A stretch of 64,000 nucleotides of DNA from a virus. Within the stretch, counting starts at the first letter, position 1; every line of letters begins with the position of its first letter. The position numbers and the translations under genes were made by a program. Shown one piece after another: positions 18,387 to 26,551 of this stretch. Where the stretch lies: positions 1-64,000 of IMG/VR virus record IMGVR_UViG_3300017963_005353; one strand, given 5' to 3'. A model generated the notes under the pieces. That model did not search any database and was not told the DNA's origin. It saw only the letters and a list, made by a program, of their open reading frames with translations.

Positions 18387-19016
18387 ATGGCTCTTGTAAC
18401 CGGCACGCCAATGGGTACGACCACGGACCAATCGGACCTGTACATCGACACGGCTCCAAGCGTCTGGTTTCAGGACGCAACCGCAAACCCGCTGAACAAC
18501 CCGGACACGGACGGTTTTTATTGGGGTCTCACAGGCTCGGCGTCATACCCCATCTACTCCCTGGACTGCTACGAGTCGGTGACGTGGGGTGGCAACATCG
18601 AGATGAGCAACATCCGGTGTGACACCGTGGGCGACAGGTCGGCCATTCAAAAGCTGGCCTACCTGGATCTGACGTTCACACTCAAGACGCTGCTCCCTCT
18701 CGCCACCCTGACCCACATCTTGCGCGGTGGGGCAGTCACCACGACTGCAGGCACCTCCGAGAAAATGGGGATCGGTCAGCCCGACAACCAGCAATATTGG
18801 AGGGTCTATTTCGCCTCGGTCTACGACGAGGACAACGGTGATTACGTTTGCGTCACCATGCACCGCGCCAAGTTCGTGGATTCGTGGGAGATCGCCTTCA
18901 ACGGGTTTGGCGAACCGGCCACCCTGGGCGTCACGCTCAGGGGCTTTGCCGACACCGACCTGCCGGCCGCCCAGCAGTTTGCGACCGTGATCCGGGGTGA
19001 CACCGACATCTCATAA
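18387..19016 (+). CDS. Major tail (tube) protein
   Basis: AGGAGG RBS; 209 aa, beta-rich and Thr-rich; synteny before the chaperones and tape measure. Confidence 0.75.
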   Translation: MALVTGTPMGTTTDQSDLYIDTAPSVWFQDATANPLNNPDTDGFYWGLTGSASYPIYSLDCYESVTWGGNIEMSNIRCDTVGDRSAIQKLAYLDLTFTLKTLLPLATLTHILRGGAVTTTAGTSEKMGIGQPDNQQYWRVYFASVYDEDNGDYVCVTMHRAKFVDSWEIAFNGFGEPATLGVTLRGFADTDLPAAQQFATVIRGDTDIS

Positions 19017-19039
19017 CCTGAGCGCGAAGGGGGAAAGCG

Positions 19040-19720
19040 ATGAGCGGATACTTGAACGCCATATCGCCCCAGACAGCGACGATAACCCTGGGAGGCGAAC
19101 CGTTTACAGTCGAACGGGCTCGTCTCGGATTGTATCTTTTGCTCGCCCGTGAAGCAGGCGCGGCGGATGATGCCTTGCGGCGTGGTGACGCTGTGGGGGC
19201 TGCCCGTTGCGTCTGTGCCTACCTCTCGCGGGCGGGCCTTGGGGAGCATTTGAGCGCGGCGACGGGCGTGGAGCTCTTTCACGCCTACCTGACGCTGACG
19301 ACGCTCAATGCTCCCCTGTTCCTCCTACCCTTCATGCAAGATTTCAAGCCGGGCAGGAGAGTGCCCGGTGTGCCTTACGACTATCCCGACCGGGGCTTTG
19401 CCCTGTGGGTGCACAAGCTGGCCTCGCGGTACGGCTGGTCTCGCCATTACATCATGGATCAGCTATCCCCGGAAGAGACGATGTGCTACCTACAGGAGAT
19501 CATGGTCTCCGAGTACCTCGAGCGGGAAGAAGCCCGCGTGCTGTCTGAGATGGCGTACAAGTACGACAAGGCATCCAAGACCTTGCGCTATCGCCCGCTG
19601 CCCATGCCGGCGTGGATGGCGGCCGGTAAGGGGGAGCGCAAGACGTTCCGAATCCATAGAGACTACCTCCCCAAGGGAGAGGTCGTTGATCTGAGTAAGA
19701 TGGCCCAGGGGAGCCGGTGA
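19040..19720 (+). CDS. Tail assembly chaperone-like protein
   Basis: Lies between tube and tape measure; ITLGGEPFTV N-terminus and LASRYGWS..YI..L motif. Confidence 0.6.
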   Translation: MSGYLNAISPQTATITLGGEPFTVERARLGLYLLLAREAGAADDALRRGDAVGAARCVCAYLSRAGLGEHLSAATGVELFHAYLTLTTLNAPLFLLPFMQDFKPGRRVPGVPYDYPDRGFALWVHKLASRYGWSRHYIMDQLSPEETMCYLQEIMVSEYLEREEARVLSEMAYKYDKASKTLRYRPLPMPAWMAAGKGERKTFRIHRDYLPKGEVVDLSKMAQGSR

Positions 19721-20187
19721 TGATTTTCCGCAATGCACTGGCAAGGTTTCGACGCGCCAGAAACAACCACACAAATGGCTCGCCGTCCGTACAAATCGGC
19801 GACGAGCTCATCACTGTGCGTCCCCTGGGCATCGAAGATACGATCAGGATCGCCATGCTGCTGGCCCCCTATCTGGTGAAATTTCAAAGCCACCTGCCAC
19901 AGATAGCGACTGCGGTGGCCGGCGACAGGTTGCGGGTCTTGGGTGAGCGGTCCACGCTCCGGGCGTTCGTGGCGGCGATGATGGACGACACAGACCGCTT
20001 GCCCGGCGATGTGGTTAAAATGTTGGCCCTTTTCCTGGGGCGCGAGCCTGGATGGGTGGCAGAGAACGCCACGGCCCATCAACTCGTGGCGGCCATACCG
20101 GCGATCGACAAGGCAAACGACCTGGCCCGCTTGATTCACAGCACGGGGATGCTCGGCTTTGTCCCTGGAGATGACGACCATGGCTAA
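19717..20187 (+). CDS. Tail assembly chaperone-like protein
   Basis: VQIGDELITVRPL start, helical body, directly upstream of the tape measure. Confidence 0.55.
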   Translation: MMIFRNALARFRRARNNHTNGSPSVQIGDELITVRPLGIEDTIRIAMLLAPYLVKFQSHLPQIATAVAGDRLRVLGERSTLRAFVAAMMDDTDRLPGDVVKMLALFLGREPGWVAENATAHQLVAAIPAIDKANDLARLIHSTGMLGFVPGDDDHG

Positions 20188-22624
20188 AAAAGGCGATACG
20201 GTCATTGAAAAACTGTTGGTCAGCATCGAGGCTGATATGGACAAGCTCCTGGAGCAAGCCAAAAAGGGCACTGAGGAAATCGAAGACGAGCTTGACGACA
20301 TGGAGGGCAAGGGCAAGAGTGCGTTCAAAGGCATAGGAGCCGCCGCTGCCAAATTTGCTGCCATTACCACCATCGTCCAAAAAGGACTTTCGCTCATCCT
20401 CGACACAATAGGCAAAGTTGCCAAGGCGGGCATTGACTTTTTCAAAAACATGGTTGCCGAGGGGGTCCAGGCGAACATTGTTTTTGAGGACTATACCACA
20501 CAGTTCACGACCCTGCTCGGGTCAGCAGACGCCGCCTATGAACGGATACGCGAGCTAACCATCTTTGCCGTAAAGACGCCCTTTGAACTGCCTGGTATTG
20601 TGGAGGCGTCTCGTGTGCTCCAGGTATTCGGGGGAACCACACTGGCAACCGGCGACAACCTGACCATGGTGGGAGACATTGCGGCTGGCGTGGGCCGGGA
20701 GTTTAGTGAGGTTGCCTTGTGGGTCGGGCGTGTCTACGATGCCATGCAGTCAGGCCGTCCGTTTGGCATTGCTGCCTCACGGCTCCAGGTTATGGGTGCC
20801 ATGACCGGCACCGCTCGCAACGAGCTCGAACGGATGCAGCAGGAGGGGGCAAGCGGGGCCGAGATGTGGGAGCGGTTCAACGAGCTCGTCGGCGACCGAT
20901 GGGCGGGCAACATGGACCGGCTCTCTCGCACGTTGACCGGTCTCATCTCGAACATCAAAGACTTTGTGCAAAACCTGTTGCGGGTCGCCGGCCTACCCCT
21001 TTTTGAAGAACTCAGGGAGGACGCTGCCCAACTCCTGGCGGTGCTGGAGGAAAAGCGCCCCGAATTGGAGGCCATCGGGGAAGCGTTGTTTGAGATCGTG
21101 GCGAACGTGGCCGATTTCCTGGCGACCGAGTTCATCGACCAGATCCAAAATCTTGACACCGACAACCTGCTCAAGATGACCGAGAGCCTGTGGAGTGCCG
21201 CCGAGCAAGCCCGGACCCTACTAGAGATCATCTTGCTTCTGGGAGAAGGGGTCAAACCGGTTGAGGCATTGGTGTGGGCATTTGATACACTTAACGATGC
21301 TCTAAGCCTGGCGCTAGAGCTCACTACCGACTTTGCCAGGGCCACCATCGACGATGTGGATGTGTTGGCGCGGCTAGATGAGATTCTGGCGGAACACGAT
21401 GCACGGGTTGAGGCACACAACAGGCGCAAGGAAGAGTCGGTTGAAGTTACCAAACAGGCCACCAAAGCCTTTGAGGAAGAGGCGGGCGCCCTGGAGCAGG
21501 TGACAGACGCCGAGCGGGATGCCATCATGGGATTTGCCGAGAGCCTGATGGACCTGCAAGATGACGTCAACAAGCGGTTGGCCGACCTGGAGAAAGCCCA
21601 CCTCAAGCGCATGGGCGAGATTGTAGCCGAGACCGCCAAGCGCAAAGCGGAGGCCCAGGCAGACGCCGAGAAAGACATTCTCAAGGTAGAGGAAGAGACA
21701 CGGCGGGCGCGGGAGGAAGAGGCAGAGGACTATCACAGGGAGGAGCGCCGGTCAGAAGAGGACCACCAGACCGATATGCGCCGGCTCCGGCTTCAATACA
21801 TGATGGACATGGCGGACGCGGTGCGAAGCCGGGACGCCAGGGCCATCGTGGAACTCCGCCGCAACTTCAAGGCGGAAAAACAGGAGCGGGAAGAGGACCA
21901 CCGCACCCGCCAGCGACGGGAACGGGAGGACTATGAAAACCGGCTCCGGGACCTGGAGGAAAACGAGCGGCGGCGCAAGCAGGAGATCCAAGCCAGCCTG
22001 AGAGAGCAGCTTGCCGACCTGGACGCCGCCCAGCGGGAGGCGCTTGCCAAAGAGCGAACCAGCCACGCCGAACGTCAGGCAGAGCTCAACCGGGCCATGA
22101 TGGAACGGTTGCAGACTATCGCCAAGGAATTGGCCGATGAGGACAGCATAAACGAGGAGGGTGCCCGCAAGATACTGGAGACACTCAACAAGACGTTTGG
22201 CGTGGGAGGGAGCATTGACGCTCTGATGGAGGGCTTTGCTGCCCGGCGTCGGCAGCGCATGATCGTGCGCGTTACGTTTGAGCCAGAAGCGGCCACGCCC
22301 ACAGTGTATTCCCCTCCTGCCAGTGCTGGCCCACCCGGATACAAGCAACCGGGGATGGGCGGATATGCTGGCAGTTTTCAGGCGGGTGGAGCGGTCATCG
22401 CCCGTCAACCTACCATCGCACAGTTTGGGGAGGTGCCAGAGCTGGCAACCTTCACGCCTCTGTCTCAGTTGGGCGGGGGACGGGGAGGTGCACAAACGCT
22501 CGACATCAACCTGAAACTGAGCGGGACGGCTCCACCAGGTATCCGGAGTGCCGACAGGGACCACATCGCGGCCGTGCTCATGCAGGCCCTCCGCGAGTCG
22601 GGGGTTTTAAGGAGTCTGGGATGA
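20180..22624 (+). CDS. Tape measure protein
   Basis: 814 aa; FTTLLGSADAA...FAVKTPFELP tape-measure domain, long charged coiled coil, FQAGG...GEVPE C-terminus. Confidence 0.9.
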   Translation: MAKKGDTVIEKLLVSIEADMDKLLEQAKKGTEEIEDELDDMEGKGKSAFKGIGAAAAKFAAITTIVQKGLSLILDTIGKVAKAGIDFFKNMVAEGVQANIVFEDYTTQFTTLLGSADAAYERIRELTIFAVKTPFELPGIVEASRVLQVFGGTTLATGDNLTMVGDIAAGVGREFSEVALWVGRVYDAMQSGRPFGIAASRLQVMGAMTGTARNELERMQQEGASGAEMWERFNELVGDRWAGNMDRLSRTLTGLISNIKDFVQNLLRVAGLPLFEELREDAAQLLAVLEEKRPELEAIGEALFEIVANVADFLATEFIDQIQNLDTDNLLKMTESLWSAAEQARTLLEIILLLGEGVKPVEALVWAFDTLNDALSLALELTTDFARATIDDVDVLARLDEILAEHDARVEAHNRRKEESVEVTKQATKAFEEEAGALEQVTDAERDAIMGFAESLMDLQDDVNKRLADLEKAHLKRMGEIVAETAKRKAEAQADAEKDILKVEEETRRAREEEAEDYHREERRSEEDHQTDMRRLRLQYMMDMADAVRSRDARAIVELRRNFKAEKQEREEDHRTRQRREREDYENRLRDLEENERRRKQEIQASLREQLADLDAAQREALAKERTSHAERQAELNRAMMERLQTIAKELADEDSINEEGARKILETLNKTFGVGGSIDALMEGFAARRRQRMIVRVTFEPEAATPTVYSPPASAGPPGYKQPGMGGYAGSFQAGGAVIARQPTIAQFGEVPELATFTPLSQLGGGRGGAQTLDINLKLSGTAPPGIRSADRDHIAAVLMQALRESGVLRSLG

Positions 22625-22989
22625 GCGGAACCTACAAATTGGACGGCGAGTTTTTCCCGGTCAACCCTATTGCCAAACGCTGGCGGCGTGAGGACGTGGG
22701 AAGCAGCGGAGAGGCGGAAACCATCTACTCCGGGTTTTGGCAAATCGAGCTTGATTTTCCCATGCTGGAAATGGAGGATGAGGCTGATTGGTTCTATGAC
22801 AAATGGATCGCTGGCGGGTTGCATGAGGCCCAATTGCCCCATCCCCGAGATGGCACGCTGACCGGCTTCACGTCGGTGAATCTGAAGTCCTGGGAGTTTG
22901 AGTTCACCGACGTGGATGCCGATGCCTGGGCAGATGGGCCGCGCATGGTCTTGTCGCATATCAACATGGGAGCTACCGGGAACGTCTGA
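22621..22989 (+). CDS. Distal tail-like protein
   Basis: 122 aa immediately after the tape measure. Confidence 0.5.
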   Translation: MSGTYKLDGEFFPVNPIAKRWRREDVGSSGEAETIYSGFWQIELDFPMLEMEDEADWFYDKWIAGGLHEAQLPHPRDGTLTGFTSVNLKSWEFEFTDVDADAWADGPRMVLSHINMGATGNV

Positions 22990-25900
22990 TGCCTGAACTT
23001 TCACCACTGAGGTTTTACCTCATCATTCACAAACCGGAGACCATCTTTGCCGGGCGGGTCAACGGGGACCCGACAGACCCTTACATGAGCATCACCTATG
23101 ATGGCGTGACGACCAGTGCCGGACCCGTGGCCGGGCAGACCGTTTGGTTCGGCACGACGGCCGGCGGGCGCGAGCGGGGGATTCTCCGACTGCGAACGTC
23201 GAGCATTGCCACGGGCACAACGTCGGGCACCCTGAGCGTTGCCGAAAGCGACGACGTGGGGCCACAAATTGCAGACAATGACCACATCACCATCAAAGAG
23301 GAATTTCGCCTGTGGCCCATCTATCCCCGCGCAGTCCAGATCAGCGACGTGGATGCGGTGATGTATGAAGATTGGGATACCGTTTGGACCGACCAGACCG
23401 TTGACTGGCGACCGGTGGCCGTGGCAGGCCCGCCGGCGGTGGGTTGGCTAGAGGCCGGTCAGTGTGTGCTCCATTTTGTAGGGGATCGCTCTTTCGCGCT
23501 CGCCCCTGGAGCCACACTCAGCACGCACCTGTGGACCGCCGACGGGAGCGCGGAGGGCACCAGTGCCAGCCAGGGAACGACCGGCACGCCTGTGTCATTC
23601 ACCTGGACAGAGGCGGGGGATTACCTGGTCAGCCTCCAGGAGACGGACAGCAATGCCAACGCCCAAACCAATTACACCAGGGCGTACGTGATCGATCCGG
23701 CCAGTCCCACCGACGTGGCGTTCGTGGACTTTGACGCCTACAACGACCACGGCGACCTGGAGGCGGGCGGTTGGGAGTGCTCGTTCACCGTGCGCGACGA
23801 TTGCAGCATCACCGATTTTCCAGAGGGTGCCCAGGTCGTGCTCGTGGCCCGGGGCGACCTGACGACGCCGACCGCAAGCTGGCCCAACCGGGAGAACGTG
23901 CTGTTCGTGGGCTATCTCCTGGGCAACACCGTGCGTCAAAATCCTGAGACGGGGCATGTCTCTTTCAGGGCAGGCACCATAGACGCGCTCATGTCGCAGT
24001 GTACCATGTGGCCGGTGAGCTTGAGAGACACCAAGGGACCATTTGAATGGATGACCTGCGAGAATCTCACGGTTGATCGCGCGTTGTCCTATCTGTGGCA
24101 CTACCGGTCGACGCTCTCACTCATGGCGAGTATCCAGCGGTGCAGCTACACGCCAGAACTCGCTTCCCAGGACTTTCCACCTGAAAACCTGCTCGCTGCC
24201 ACGCGCTCGCTGATGGAGGACGCCTTTGGGCGGGTGTGCTCCACACATCAGTCGGTGCTCTATCATTTCCTGGACCATCAGCTTATGCTCGATTCTGAGC
24301 GGGCAAGTGCAGTCACGCGCAAGACCCTGAGCAAGAGTGTGTGGGTGGACACCGTGGACATTGAGGAGCGGGCGGATTACATGTGGCCTACGGACATTTT
24401 CAAAGCCAACGGTGTGTACTACCCGGGGGATGAGAGCAAGGTGGTGACGTTTTTTTCGGAAGCCCCTGGAGACGCGCCCAAAGCCTATGGACGGGAGGAA
24501 GGCAAGAGCGGGCTCATACTCGACACACAAGCCAACCTCAACACCCGCTGCGGGCGGATGCTCGGGCAGCGGACACTGCGCTATCCCACCATGCGGGCTC
24601 TGTTTTTCAACGAGGGATCGTTCGGGCTCGCTCCCCAAGACGTGTTCCCGGCTAATGTGGAGCCGGCTGACAACTATCGGGGGCTGGATTGGGATCCGTC
24701 CCTGTTGGTGAAACGGGTCAATCGCACGTTTGACAATGAGCATGGCTTGATCCGGGTCGAGGTGGAGTTTGAGCCCATCGCTACGGGCACGGCAGACGGA
24801 GCAACTGTGACCATGCCGGCAGAGCCTCCAGAACCGGAACGACCCAAGTGGGACGCCCCCCCAACGACGCCATGGACGCCCCCCGCAAACCCTATTGCGG
24901 AGGCAGCGGCTGCGGCTGATGGGACCATGGGGCCATACTGGACCGACGATGGGGGTACATCGTGGGCAGCCCGCAATAATGGCCTGCTGACGACCCAATT
25001 GGATTTCAGTGATCTAATATGGGACCCCTGGTGGCGGGACAAGACGGGCGGGCACAATCCGGAGCAGGCGATCGTGATCGGTTGCGGTGGGGGGTTCATT
25101 GCCAAAAGTGAGGATGCAGGCAAGAATTGGGTAGACATGACGCCCAACCTGGGAGATCCGCCCAACAGTTGGGGAGACGCCACGGCCCCCACAGTCACGG
25201 ACCTGACATTTGTGCAGATCCATGGCGACATTCACAACCGGGACATATTCTATGCCCTGGCGGAGTGGGAGAGCACCGGTTCAGCCTGGCGGGGTTGGCT
25301 TCTGTACACCGATGACAGTTTTCGGACGGCCAGCTATACCGCCCTGAGCGCGTTGCCCTCCGGTTACGTTCCGGGGGCTACCTACACATTTGACTTCCCT
25401 ACCAACGGGCAACAGAGTTGGGCGGCAAACTCAGCCTGGATAGCTGGGGCTTACCCCGACCCGACGTTTGTATATGCCGCGTCGCCCTGTGACAATGCCG
25501 TTCAATGGTTCCAAAACACTCAGATCGCGGTTGGTGCAGATAACGAAAAACGCATCCCGATTTATTATCCCTACCGGATGACGTTCACCAGTTCGACCAT
25601 TGAGTTTCGACGGCCGGCCAAAGCCCTGTTGACCGAGCGGGGTCGTTACCGATTATACACCAGTCCAGATTTGAGCACATGGACACAAGTGGGAACAACC
25701 CAGGGCACGCAAGGTAGCGCAATTTGCGAAACGCTGACGCTCAACGTGGCCGTCACCGGTTCCTATGTGATGGTGCACCACAACACCTATGGAAACCTTT
25801 GCGTGCCCGATGATGCGGTGCTGACATCCATCCAATTCGTAGACCTGACCATCGAGGGAGGTGTGGGGGCAGACATTCGGCCCATCCGCATGGACCTCGA

Positions 25901-26549
25901 CACGGAGGCCGGGGCTCAACTCTATGTGACTGTGTGGTATGATGACAATCTGTGCGTGCAACGCTGGAATGTTCCTGGGATGACCCTGGGAGGCACGGCC
26001 AGCTTTGGAGGGGCAACAGCAACGGAGCTTACAAACCGCACGAAATGGGTGGCCCCCCACTGCCCACACAAACCAGGGACAAGTGACTTTGGCGATCATC
26101 TTTATATCTACGGGCGGTTTGACCACACAGGAGGCGTATCGCACCTGGCATACTCCACAGACAGCGCGGCGTCGTTTGCTCAAATCGGAAATTCTGCCTG
26201 GGGCACAGGCACGACCGCCTGGGTCGGAGCCCTGGAGACGCCGGCAGCATTGAACGTCTTGGCCTTTCTCAACAGCGTCTCGCCCGCCGAGCTTTGGGAA
26301 ACGACCGATCACGCCGCCTGGTCCAAACTGAGCAACCTGCCTTTCAACGTGGACCCGGCCGGCGTCTCCAGACATTGGGGAAGTACCGCCGATCTGTTGA
26401 TCGCCAACAGGGGGAGCACACCGGCCACCGGCACCGCAGCAGCGCAACAGGCCGACCCATACACGGGGGTTTGGACTGCGGCTGACGGGGCGAACCTGCC
26501 CAAAGCGGCTGACGGGGGCAGTGGGTTCCCGGCTATCGTCTGGGTATAA
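22989..26549 (+). CDS. Tail tip/hub protein with PKD-like domain and Asp-box (BNR) repeats
   Basis: 1186 aa; PKD-like FTWTEAGDYLVSL; Pro-rich linker; WTDDGGTSW, KSEDAGKNW, YTDDSF and YSTDSAASF. Confidence 0.75.
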   Translation: MPELSPLRFYLIIHKPETIFAGRVNGDPTDPYMSITYDGVTTSAGPVAGQTVWFGTTAGGRERGILRLRTSSIATGTTSGTLSVAESDDVGPQIADNDHITIKEEFRLWPIYPRAVQISDVDAVMYEDWDTVWTDQTVDWRPVAVAGPPAVGWLEAGQCVLHFVGDRSFALAPGATLSTHLWTADGSAEGTSASQGTTGTPVSFTWTEAGDYLVSLQETDSNANAQTNYTRAYVIDPASPTDVAFVDFDAYNDHGDLEAGGWECSFTVRDDCSITDFPEGAQVVLVARGDLTTPTASWPNRENVLFVGYLLGNTVRQNPETGHVSFRAGTIDALMSQCTMWPVSLRDTKGPFEWMTCENLTVDRALSYLWHYRSTLSLMASIQRCSYTPELASQDFPPENLLAATRSLMEDAFGRVCSTHQSVLYHFLDHQLMLDSERASAVTRKTLSKSVWVDTVDIEERADYMWPTDIFKANGVYYPGDESKVVTFFSEAPGDAPKAYGREEGKSGLILDTQANLNTRCGRMLGQRTLRYPTMRALFFNEGSFGLAPQDVFPANVEPADNYRGLDWDPSLLVKRVNRTFDNEHGLIRVEVEFEPIATGTADGATVTMPAEPPEPERPKWDAPPTTPWTPPANPIAEAAAAADGTMGPYWTDDGGTSWAARNNGLLTTQLDFSDLIWDPWWRDKTGGHNPEQAIVIGCGGGFIAKSEDAGKNWVDMTPNLGDPPNSWGDATAPTVTDLTFVQIHGDIHNRDIFYALAEWESTGSAWRGWLLYTDDSFRTASYTALSALPSGYVPGATYTFDFPTNGQQSWAANSAWIAGAYPDPTFVYAASPCDNAVQWFQNTQIAVGADNEKRIPIYYPYRMTFTSSTIEFRRPAKALLTERGRYRLYTSPDLSTWTQVGTTQGTQGSAICETLTLNVAVTGSYVMVHHNTYGNLCVPDDAVLTSIQFVDLTIEGGVGADIRPIRMDLDTEAGAQLYVTVWYDDNLCVQRWNVPGMTLGGTASFGGATATELTNRTKWVAPHCPHKPGTSDFGDHLYIYGRFDHTGGVSHLAYSTDSAASFAQIGNSAWGTGTTAWVGALETPAALNVLAFLNSVSPAELWETTDHAAWSKLSNLPFNVDPAGVSRHWGSTADLLIANRGSTPATGTAAAQQADPYTGVWTAADGANLPKAADGGSGFPAIVWV

Positions 26550-26551
26550 TC

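Noticed and set aside
21400-22150. Glu/Arg-rich quasi-repeats in the tape measure gene
   Set aside because: Ordinary coiled-coil composition with no exact DNA repeat unit
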